Positions 1 to 7,814 of a stretch of DNA of 64,000 bases are shown here, one piece after another. This stretch comes from Candidatus Gastranaerophilales bacterium (GTDB lineage: Bacteria; Cyanobacteriota; Vampirovibrionia; Gastranaerophilales; Gastranaerophilaceae): the NCBI GenBank assembly GCA_944324185.1, contig CALUVI010000004.1:190-64189 (forward strand). The letters run 5' to 3'. Position numbers and translations under genes: made by a program. Under the pieces are notes generated by a model that did not search any database, had not been told where the DNA came from, and worked only from the letters and a program-made list of their open reading frames with translations. The stretch's first letter is position 1; each line of letters starts with the position of its first letter.

Positions 1-354
1 CGTTATGTAGAGCTGGATAAAGAACTTCTTGAACTGAATTTTGAACAGGAAGGAAATCAGGTTGCTCTTATGCTTTCAATCCCTGTTATAAGAGCAAAGG
101 ACGAAGAAGAAATTGAAGCGGCTTTGAAAGCTGAGGCTGAAAAATTGGAGCAAAAAGCCGAAAATATGGAAGAAGCTTTGCCGGAAGGTGAAAATTCAGA
201 CATCTGCGAAGAAGACAGTTCTGATGAACAGGATATGGTTTGTGAAAGTTCAGGAAGTGATAATACGGCAATGTCGACTCCGGAGGGTATGACCTCCAAT
301 AATAATCAGGAGGAAAGCCAAAAAGAAATCCAATTTGAAGAACAAGGAAGTTAG
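1..354 (+). CDS. minE: 3' part of probable cell division topological specificity factor MinE with a long acidic C-terminal tail (5'-truncated by window)
   Basis: Frame 1 is open from base 1: RYVELDKELLELNFEQEGNQVALMLSIPVIRAK resembles the cyanobacterial MinE C-terminal half (RYVEID...ALIANLPIRR); stop TAG 352-354. Confidence 0.7.
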   Translation, partial: RYVELDKELLELNFEQEGNQVALMLSIPVIRAKDEEEIEAALKAEAEKLEQKAENMEEALPEGENSDICEEDSSDEQDMVCESSGSDNTAMSTPEGMTSNNNQEESQKEIQFEEQGS

Positions 355-360
355 GATAAT

Positions 361-394
361 AAAAAGAGGATGATTTTTGAATCATCCTCTTTTT
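361..394. terminator. Bidirectional intrinsic terminator between convergent minE and adh
   Basis: AAAAAGAGGATGATT-tttg-AATCATCCTCTTTTT hairpin with A/T tails on both sides. Confidence 0.85.
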
Positions 395-404
395 TACCAT
401 TACC

Positions 405-1463
405 TTAATCGATAATTACTATCGGCTTAATTAAGTCTCTTGGCTTATCTTTCATAAGCATTAAAGCAGGTTCTACGTTCTCTAGTCCGCGGAAAGTGTG
501 GGTAATTAATTTTTCAGGGTGAATTCTTCCTGCAAGAGCAAGCCTTGCAAGTTTTTCGGAACGCAGCCTGCCGCCCGGCATAAGCCCGCCCACGATTTGC
601 TTATGTCCCATACCGCAGCCCCATTCAACACGAGGAATTTTCAAATAATCACCTTCTCCGAGGTAGTTAACGTTACCGATTTTGCCGCCCGGTTTAAGCA
701 TTCTTACTGCCTGATCGAATGTATCATTATCTCCGCCTGCTACAACAATTCTGTCAACGCCTTTGCCTTTTGTTTTGTCCAGAATTTGCTCAACAATATC
801 ACCTTCACGGTAGTTGATAATATCTGTCGCGCCAAATTCTCTTGCAAGGTCAGCGCAATTTTTTCTTGAGCCTACTGCATAAATATTTGCAGCCCCTCTT
901 ATTGCAGCTGCAGCAACAGACATAAGTCCTACCGGTCCTATACCTATTACAACAACATTGTCACCAAATTGAATATCTGCAAGTTCAACCCCGTGGAATC
1001 CTGTCGGTACCATATCACTAATCATACAGGCTGCTTCAAGGCTCAATCCCTCCGGCAAATGAGCAAGGTTTCCGTCAGCGTCATTCACATGGAAATATTC
1101 CGCAAAAACACCGTCTTTAAAGTTTGAAAACTTCCAGCCGGAAAGCATTCCGCCGGAGTGCATTGCATATCCTTCCTGCGCCTCAAGCGAGTTCCAGTCA
1201 GGCGTGATAGCAGATACAAGAACTCTGTCTCCCGGTTTAAAGTCTTTTACAAGGTTTCCGACTTCAACAACTTCTCCGACAGCTTCGTGTCCCAGAATCA
1301 TATTGTGCCTGTCGCCTATTGCCCCTGCCCAGACAGTGTGGACATCTGATGTACACGGAGCAAGCGCAATCGGCTTACAAATAGCATCGTTGGGACCGCA
1401 TTTCGGAGTATCTTTTGTAATCCAGCCGGTTTCCCCGATTTTTAACATTGCAAAACCCTTCAT
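405..1463 (-). CDS. adh: NADP-dependent secondary (isopropanol) alcohol dehydrogenase, zinc-binding
   Basis: Start MKGFAMLKIG at 1463 with GGAGG RBS; motifs CTSDVH, GHEAVG, DMVPTGFHG, GIGPVG, VGSR (NADP specificity) as in clostridial secondary ADHs. Confidence 0.9.
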   Translation of the reverse strand: MKGFAMLKIGETGWITKDTPKCGPNDAICKPIALAPCTSDVHTVWAGAIGDRHNMILGHEAVGEVVEVGNLVKDFKPGDRVLVSAITPDWNSLEAQEGYAMHSGGMLSGWKFSNFKDGVFAEYFHVNDADGNLAHLPEGLSLEAACMISDMVPTGFHGVELADIQFGDNVVVIGIGPVGLMSVAAAAIRGAANIYAVGSRKNCADLAREFGATDIINYREGDIVEQILDKTKGKGVDRIVVAGGDNDTFDQAVRMLKPGGKIGNVNYLGEGDYLKIPRVEWGCGMGHKQIVGGLMPGGRLRSEKLARLALAGRIHPEKLITHTFRGLENVEPALMLMKDKPRDLIKPIVIID

Positions 1464-1582
1464 AATAAACCTCCTTTTAAGGTTAAATATTATAAACACC
1501 ATTAGAATACTTTAATATGATAACATATTTGAACAAGGTTTACAATTTACCATTTTATAAAAATAGTGTTAGGCAAAATTAT

Positions 1583-2458
1583 TTACCCTATTCCTTTACC
1601 GAACAGAATTTTCATTCCGCCGAAACGGGTTGAAAGTGTGTTTTTCAGTCCTTTTACAATGTCATTAATATTATTCACCACACAGTTTATATTTTTGATA
1701 AGACAGTTTACAAGAGTAACTGTTTCCTTATTTGCATTATTTGTTATATCCGAAACGTACAAGCTTGCACTTTCAAAATTTCTTGTTGCCCGCTCTATAT
1801 TCAAAGTCGTCTGTTCTATATTTGAAAACGAATTCTTTAGTCTGTCAGGCTTTGCAGACTCGTTCAACTGGGATGTGACTTCCGCAAGATTCCGGCTTGC
1901 AAGCGCAAGATTTTCTCCGCTCTCTTTTAGCGAAGGTCGCAAATCTTTCAAAATATCGTTAGCAGTCCCGACTAATTCCGTAAGAGCGTTCATAGTTCCG
2001 CCTGCTGCTTCTACTGTATCATTCAGGTTCTCCTTAATTTCATCCAGACCGCCGCTCTCTGCCTGCGCGTTTATATAACTCGAAAGACTCGGACAAATAG
2101 AACCTTCTATCACGGAACGATTTTTTAAATACGTAACAGAAGGCGCTTCCGGATACTCAATTTCTATAAAATCTTTTTTATTTTTTGTTCTGACTTTTGC
2201 AACAACATTATCCGGAAGGTTTATACCTTTTATATTCAAAATCATATCCACATACGTGGTTTTAAAGTCTTCGGAAGGATAAACCCTCACTGTACGCCCG
2301 AACTTAAATCCGCGGTAATATACATTTATATTTTTAGGAAACGGCTCAAGCTCTTCAAATACTGCAGTTACACGCATATTATACATCGTGTACATAATAT
2401 ACCCGACTAACGAAAAAATTAAAATTATCCCTAAAATCAAAATCAAAGTTTTTTTCAT
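1583..2458 (-). CDS. MCE/MlaD-family protein
   Basis: N-terminal TM, MCE-like core (VYYRGFKFGRTV), long helical C-terminal region. Confidence 0.7.
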   Translation of the reverse strand: MKKTLILILGIILIFSLVGYIMYTMYNMRVTAVFEELEPFPKNINVYYRGFKFGRTVRVYPSEDFKTTYVDMILNIKGINLPDNVVAKVRTKNKKDFIEIEYPEAPSVTYLKNRSVIEGSICPSLSSYINAQAESGGLDEIKENLNDTVEAAGGTMNALTELVGTANDILKDLRPSLKESGENLALASRNLAEVTSQLNESAKPDRLKNSFSNIEQTTLNIERATRNFESASLYVSDITNNANKETVTLVNCLIKNINCVVNNINDIVKGLKNTLSTRFGGMKILFGKGIG

Positions 2459-2518
2459 AATACTGATTATGATTAGAATATAAAATTTTAAGAATTAGAC
2501 ATAAGGATAAAAACAGGG

Positions 2519-3076
2519 CTAATTTTCAAATATCCGCTCCAGAAGCGCAGAAGCGTGCGCTATATCAAAATGAACAATTCTGAAAAGCTCTGTTATAAAC
2601 TCTTTTATCTCCATATCCTCAGGTAAACTTCCGTAAGGTATATAATACAAATCCATCGGCAAAGCTCCGTTTTCATTGGGATAAAGATAATTTACCCCGA
2701 GCTTTCGGGCGCCATGTTTTTGATAAAACTTTATTCTTCTTAAAGTGTTTGGCTCCCGCTCATCCGGCTTTTCCACTTCTAAAAAGCAGCCTTTCTTTGC
2801 TGCAAATTTTTCTTTTAATGTCTCCAGAACCATTCCCCCGAAACCATTAGAATGAAATTCCTTAAATATTGCAACATAATCAATAAAAATAAAATCCCGA
2901 CTTTCAAACAAAATAACGTATCCGACAGGAGTTCCGCCATTAACTACATCATAAGCACAATAATTTTTGCCGAAAATTTTTTGAAAATTTTCAAAACTCT
3001 TTAACTCCTCCGGCGGAAACTGGGATAACATATCGTTATAAATATTTTTAAAATCAGTAGTTTTAACTAGCTCCAT
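2519..3076 (-). CDS. GNAT-family N-acetyltransferase
   Basis: IDYVAIFKEFHSNGFGG (motif A-like), FLEVE, RRIKFYQKHG. Confidence 0.8.
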   Translation of the reverse strand: MELVKTTDFKNIYNDMLSQFPPEELKSFENFQKIFGKNYCAYDVVNGGTPVGYVILFESRDFIFIDYVAIFKEFHSNGFGGMVLETLKEKFAAKKGCFLEVEKPDEREPNTLRRIKFYQKHGARKLGVNYLYPNENGALPMDLYYIPYGSLPEDMEIKEFITELFRIVHFDIAHASALLERIFEN

Positions 3077-3204
3077 ATTTTAATTATAACAGAAATAATT
3101 TCAGGGCGGCTAAAGCGTAACTGTCGATATAAAACAGTTATTATCGGCTGGAATAGAAAAGTTATTGTCAGGCAAAACCTGACCTAATATTCTTACACAA
3201 TGCT

Positions 3205-3222
3205 TGTGGAGCAAGCTCCACA
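3205..3222. repeat. Palindromic REP-like element TGTGGAGC(AA/TT)GCTCCAC(A); copies also at 4238-4254 and 17042-17059
   Basis: Three near-identical intergenic palindromes read directly from the sequence. Confidence 0.85.
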
Positions 3223-3277
3223 CTACAAGACTAATTTTCAGAATCTTTATCAGAAACAATCCAGAGCGGTCTTTTTT

Positions 3278-3577
3278 TTAAAGTTTACTTAAAGTTTCTC
3301 TCAAAGAATCGTCATTTGTATCTATATACATAATTTCATCATCATCGTAAATATAAGGGAGTTGAACAATATTATCCGGCTTGATTTCATAACTCATTAT
3401 TTTTTCTTCGGTAAAAACAATTGCCTGCATTTCACTTATCAAATCTCTAAGCTGCAACTCATAATGACTAAGATAAAAAAAGTTTCCTTCCAGCATTCTG
3501 ACTTTAGGACTTATTTTTTCGCCGACACAAGCAACATCGCCTAGTTCCTGATTAACTAATTCCATTATTTCGTGCAA
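3278..3577 (-). CDS. Hypothetical protein (acidic, ~95 aa)
   Basis: ORF with protein-like composition, divergent from the AbrB-like gene; start uncertain. Confidence 0.5.
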   Translation of the reverse strand: MHEIMELVNQELGDVACVGEKISPKVRMLEGNFFYLSHYELQLRDLISEMQAIVFTEEKIMSYEIKPDNIVQLPYIYDDDEIMYIDTNDDSLRETLSKL

Positions 3578-3753
3578 AAGTCTATGACCCTGTATAAATC
3601 ATTTAAAAAATATTCATACTCTAAATTTAAATCTTCAATAGACAAAATTACATATCCTTAAATTAATATACCCACTTAATGCATACATTATGCAACATGT
3701 ATTATTACATAAAATAAGTAAAATGTATGCATAAATAATGCGAGGATTTTGGT

Positions 3754-4074
3754 TTGAAGAAAAATTTAGCAACAAATGGAAACTCATGGATGATTTATAT
3801 CAATAAACCCATTGCAAAAATGCTTGGTATAAAACCCGAAGAACGTATGGTAATGCTAAATATACGAAGAAATATTTTATATGTTACCAAAACTACTGAT
3901 GTTTCAACAGAAAATGCGAATATAAAGCGACTGATAAAAAGAGGCGGCGGTTATGCATTGACATTACCAATTCCTATTTTAGAGCTTTTAAATATTAATC
4001 CGGAAATAGATTCTGTTGAAATTAATGTAGAAGAAAATAAACTTATTATTGAAAAAGCAAAGACTAATTTTTAG
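3754..4074 (+). CDS. Tandem AbrB/MazE/SpoVT-like DNA-binding protein
   Basis: Two similar halves: NGNSWMIYINKPIAKMLGIKP and RGGGYALTLPIPILELLNINP...INVEENKLIIEK, the swapped-hairpin pattern. Confidence 0.65.
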   Translation: MKKNLATNGNSWMIYINKPIAKMLGIKPEERMVMLNIRRNILYVTKTTDVSTENANIKRLIKRGGGYALTLPIPILELLNINPEIDSVEINVEENKLIIEKAKTNF

Positions 4075-4143
4075 TTTTGTCGGGCTAAAGTCCGACAAAA
4101 CTTGATTTATATTGGGTTCTATTCGCCTGCTTTTCTAAATCAA

Positions 4144-4198
4144 TAGCTATAGAGATTCTTCGGGCTTACGCCCTCTGAATGACAGCACTTTGGTAAGT
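4144..4198 (-). repeat. REP-like family A (GTCATTCAGAGGGC..AGCCCGAAGAATCT); other copies 20855-20897(+), 20918-20955(-), 24663-24715(+), 27375-27405(+), 27428-27466(-)
   Basis: The reverse complement of 4144-4198 is nearly identical to 24663-24715; the other copies share the core. Confidence 0.85.
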
Positions 4199-4287
4199 CA
4201 CAACAAAAGAAAAATGTAACTTTTTTAATTTAAAATTTGTGGAGCTTGCTCCACGCTACTTTTTACTAAACCTTGTACGCTGCTTAT

Positions 4288-4316
4288 TTGATATACACAT
4301 TTTCCTATGTTAGAAT
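4288..4316 (+). promoter_or_regulatory. Putative sigma70 promoter of rarA
   Basis: TTGATA-N17-TAGAAT with TG extension, 20 bp upstream of the ATG. Confidence 0.5.
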
Positions 4317-4335
4317 TTAAGCAAAGGGAATATGT

Positions 4336-5652
4336 ATGGAACAAAAATCTTTGTTTGAAAATGAAAATAACCAGCCGCTTGCTTCACGTTTAAGACCACA
4401 AAGCCTTGATGAATTTGTTGGTCAGGAGCATCTTATCGGAGAAGGTAAAATTTTAAGAAAATTAATCGAAGAAGATAAAATTTCATCTATGATTTTCTGG
4501 GGACCTCCGGGGGTCGGAAAAACAACTCTGGCGACCATTATTGCTTACAAGACAAATTCCTCTTTCATAAATTTTTCCGCCGTCACAAGCGGGATAAAAG
4601 ATATCAAGGTTGTTATGGCTCAGGCGGAAGAAGCCAGAAAAGCAGGTGAAAAAACTATTGTATTTGTGGATGAAATACACAGGTTCAATAAGGCTCAGCA
4701 GGATGCTTTTCTTCCGTATGTTGAAAAAGGAAGTATTATACTAATTGGAGCCACAACAGAAAATCCGTCATTTGAAGTTAACGGGGCATTGCTTTCAAGA
4801 TGCAAAGTTTTTGTGCTGCAAGGGTTGAAAACAGAGGATTTAGTCAAACTTTTAAAGCGTGCAATTACTGATAAAAGAGGTTTTGGGGAGCAAAAAATAA
4901 ATATAACGGAAGAGCAGCTTGAAATTGTGGCAAAGTTTGCGAACGGTGATGCGAGAAATGCGCTTTCTACTTTAGAGATGGTTGTCTTAAACGGCAATGT
5001 TGACAAAAACGGGGATATTATAGTAACTGATGAAACTCTTGAACAGTGTATTTCTAAAAAATCACTGCTTTATGATAAAAATGGAGAAGAGCATTACAAT
5101 ATTATATCCGCACTTCATAAATCAATGAGAAACTCAGATCCGGATGCCGCGGTGTACTGGCTTGCAAGAATGCTGGAAGCTGGCGAAGATCCTTTGTATG
5201 TGGCAAGAAGAATAACAAGATTTGCAAGTGAAGATGTCGGACTTGCCGATCCGCGCGCTCTGGAAATTGCGGTTGCGGCATATCACGCCTGTCATTTTAT
5301 CGGAATGCCGGAATGCTCTGTTAATTTAACTCAAGCAGTTGTTTATATGTCACTTGCACCAAAATCAAATGCTATGGAAATTGCTTATGAATCCGCCAAA
5401 AGGGATGCAATAAAAGAGCTAGCAGAGCCGGTTCCGCTTGTAATCAGGAATGCTCCGACAAAGTTAATGAAAGAGCTTAATTATGGTAAAGGGTATCAGT
5501 ATGCGCACGATACAGCCGAAAAACTTACCAGTATGCAGTGTCTGCCTGATTCTTTGGTCGGAAAAGAATACTATCAACCGACAGAACAAGGACTTGAGGC
5601 TAAATATAAAGACAAATTGGAAAAGATAAAGATTTGGAAAAAAACTCACTGA
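4336..5652 (+). CDS. rarA: Replication-associated recombination protein A (AAA+ ATPase)
   Basis: PLASRLRPQSLDEFVGQEHL, Walker A GPPGVGKTT, DEIHRFNKAQQD, YDKNGEEHYNIISALHKS. Confidence 0.95.
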   Translation: MEQKSLFENENNQPLASRLRPQSLDEFVGQEHLIGEGKILRKLIEEDKISSMIFWGPPGVGKTTLATIIAYKTNSSFINFSAVTSGIKDIKVVMAQAEEARKAGEKTIVFVDEIHRFNKAQQDAFLPYVEKGSIILIGATTENPSFEVNGALLSRCKVFVLQGLKTEDLVKLLKRAITDKRGFGEQKINITEEQLEIVAKFANGDARNALSTLEMVVLNGNVDKNGDIIVTDETLEQCISKKSLLYDKNGEEHYNIISALHKSMRNSDPDAAVYWLARMLEAGEDPLYVARRITRFASEDVGLADPRALEIAVAAYHACHFIGMPECSVNLTQAVVYMSLAPKSNAMEIAYESAKRDAIKELAEPVPLVIRNAPTKLMKELNYGKGYQYAHDTAEKLTSMQCLPDSLVGKEYYQPTEQGLEAKYKDKLEKIKIWKKTH

Positions 5653-5718
5653 TATGTCTTGTAAAATTTTTATAATTATTGTAAACTAATGTTACAAATT
5701 ACAATTAAGATTAGAACA

Positions 5719-6480
5719 ATGATTAACCCCGTAAAAAAGAAGAGAGAAAATTATAGTCTTAGAGGTGCTGTGCAGATTAACCGCAGCAGTTTTTTCGTAT
5801 TTTCTGATAACAGCGGACGGACTTTTCTGAAAAGAGGCAGAGACGAAAAGCTCCAGAAATCTATTGTTCAAAATATGATTGACTTGAATCCAAAGATAAA
5901 AGGGCTTTTAAAGAAGTATAAAATAAAGCCTTCAATCAATACGAAAACTTTAAATGAACTTGCAGACGGGCATATGAACGAAACCTGCAAAGTCGCAATG
6001 GGTGTTTACAACTCTTTGCCTGAAAGTTTGAAGTGTGAAATCACTGAAAACATTATAAAGGAAGCTTCTATGCTTCATGATCTGGGCAAAGTCCTTATTC
6101 CCGCAAAAATCCTGAATAAGCCTGCAAGGTTGAATATTAAGGAAAGAGAGATTATGAATATACATTCAACTCTCGGGTATGAACTTTTAAAAACCCAGCG
6201 GATTAATGAAGAAACACTGGAACTTGTTAAATACCACCACCAGAATTTAAAACGTACAGGCTATCCGGAAATGGAAGAAAATATTTACCCCTCTGATATC
6301 GGGGTTCAGATAATTTCTATTTCCGATAAATACAGCGCCCTGAGAGAAGCCCGTGTATACAGGCGCAAACTCTCCAGAATAGAGGCTTTGCTAATCCTTT
6401 ACAAAGAAGTGAGAGAAGGCAAAATCCATCCTGAAATTTATAATGCGCTTATAAATTTTGTAAAAAATACTGAACTTTAG
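5719..6480 (+). CDS. HD-GYP domain protein (putative cyclic dinucleotide phosphodiesterase)
   Basis: LHDLGK, HSTLGY, YHHQ...TGYP, ISDKYSAL...R.YR; alternative start 5689. Confidence 0.8.
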   Translation: MINPVKKKRENYSLRGAVQINRSSFFVFSDNSGRTFLKRGRDEKLQKSIVQNMIDLNPKIKGLLKKYKIKPSINTKTLNELADGHMNETCKVAMGVYNSLPESLKCEITENIIKEASMLHDLGKVLIPAKILNKPARLNIKEREIMNIHSTLGYELLKTQRINEETLELVKYHHQNLKRTGYPEMEENIYPSDIGVQIISISDKYSALREARVYRRKLSRIEALLILYKEVREGKIHPEIYNALINFVKNTEL

Positions 6481-7697
6481 CAACTGTAAGCGGATTCAAG
6501 CATTCCCATTTTGTTGAAATAGAGTGATAATGTGTTATTATCTTCTCCGTTTTCGTCTATTGTGCCTTCTTTGTATGATTCAGGCTTGCCGGTTTTATTA
6601 AAATCTGCTTCTTTAAATTCATTTCCGTTTTCAATTCTTACATCTTTTGAACCGTCATCATAAAGAGTTGTTATTTTGACCTTGTTATCTTCAAGAGATT
6701 CTTCTATTCTTTGATTTTCGCCGTCAAATTTCACTGTTTTATCCGCAAGTTCAAGCTTTTCAAGATTTCCGTCCGGTACAAAATAAGCTTTTACTTTTTC
6801 TCCGTTGCGTTCAAAGGAGTTTGTCTCAATAGCTCCGTTTGAGTAATAAGTTTTTTCGCCGTCCAGACCTTTGGCGTCAAAGTCTAATTTATAGCTTTCG
6901 GAAGGAACAAGATCCGGATTATTTAATTTATCAGCGCCATAGTTATTAGGAATAGTTGTTTCTTCAGTTTTGCTGATTGAAATCATGCCGCCGTTATAAA
7001 AATTAGCGTAAAAATCAGTATGTTTAAGCCCGTTATTCTTAAATTCATTTACTCCTTTTAACTGCTTATTCTTATCAAAGGTTACATATATAGAATTGTT
7101 GTGGTTTTCTGAATATTTTGAGATGGTATAATCGTTATCATTAAAATCTTTGCTTACAATAACGACTTCTTTATTAGGCTTATAAATGGTTTTTGATGCT
7201 CTTTTAACTTCTCCGTCCAGATAGCAGGTATCTGCAATTTCTTTTCCTGTTTCCGGAGAATATTCATTTATATAGATTTCTTCATATTTACCGTCTTTTA
7301 CAAAATTTTTCTGTTCTCTTATTAAATTTCCTGTCTTTTTATCGGTAGTCATTATCATAGAAAACATTTTTTCGTTTTCTTCATCAGGAATATAAACAGT
7401 CTTTGTGTTTTCATCTTCTTTTATAACAGAATGCAGTTTGCCTTCGGATGTATAAATCTTTTCGCCTTCAATGGAGTCAAAATCTTCCGGCATAATTATC
7501 ACCGGTTCAAGCGGTTCAACATCCAGTTTTTCAGGATTCTTAAGAAGCGGGGCGTTATAAACGGCAAGCGCTTCAACTCCTGTTAAATTGACCTCCTGCT
7601 TTACGTTTTCCTCGGGCTTTGTTACCGGAGCTTCTGATTTAAACGAGGTTCTATACTGAACCGGATTTGTTGACACACTGTTGATTTTATTTATCAT
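6477..7697 (-). CDS. Hypothetical protein with beta-hairpin (MORN/YwqK-like) repeats
   Basis: Long acidic/Lys-rich ORF; internal similarity EGEKIYTSEGKL vs DGEKTYYSNGAI; start MINKINSV at 7697. Confidence 0.6.
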   Translation of the reverse strand: MINKINSVSTNPVQYRTSFKSEAPVTKPEENVKQEVNLTGVEALAVYNAPLLKNPEKLDVEPLEPVIIMPEDFDSIEGEKIYTSEGKLHSVIKEDENTKTVYIPDEENEKMFSMIMTTDKKTGNLIREQKNFVKDGKYEEIYINEYSPETGKEIADTCYLDGEVKRASKTIYKPNKEVVIVSKDFNDNDYTISKYSENHNNSIYVTFDKNKQLKGVNEFKNNGLKHTDFYANFYNGGMISISKTEETTIPNNYGADKLNNPDLVPSESYKLDFDAKGLDGEKTYYSNGAIETNSFERNGEKVKAYFVPDGNLEKLELADKTVKFDGENQRIEESLEDNKVKITTLYDDGSKDVRIENGNEFKEADFNKTGKPESYKEGTIDENGEDNNTLSLYFNKMGMLESAYSC

Positions 7698-7814
7698 AAA
7701 CACACCCCACACTATAATGTACGTTTTTATTAAACCACAAAAATAAAAAAAATTGCTATCATATTTTTTAATTGTATAATTTACATATAGGGAAATTGTA
7801 GAGAGGTAGAAAAT

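Noticed and set aside
519-2078. Antisense/alternate-frame ORFs over adh, MCE and other long genes (also within pheT, mutS, usher, obgE)
   Set aside because: Shadow ORFs of well-supported genes, with no motifs
3577-3653. Slippery T TTT TTA upstream of the 3278-3577 ORF suggesting programmed frameshifting
   Set aside because: The -1 frame hits TGA immediately, so the slip cannot join the frames
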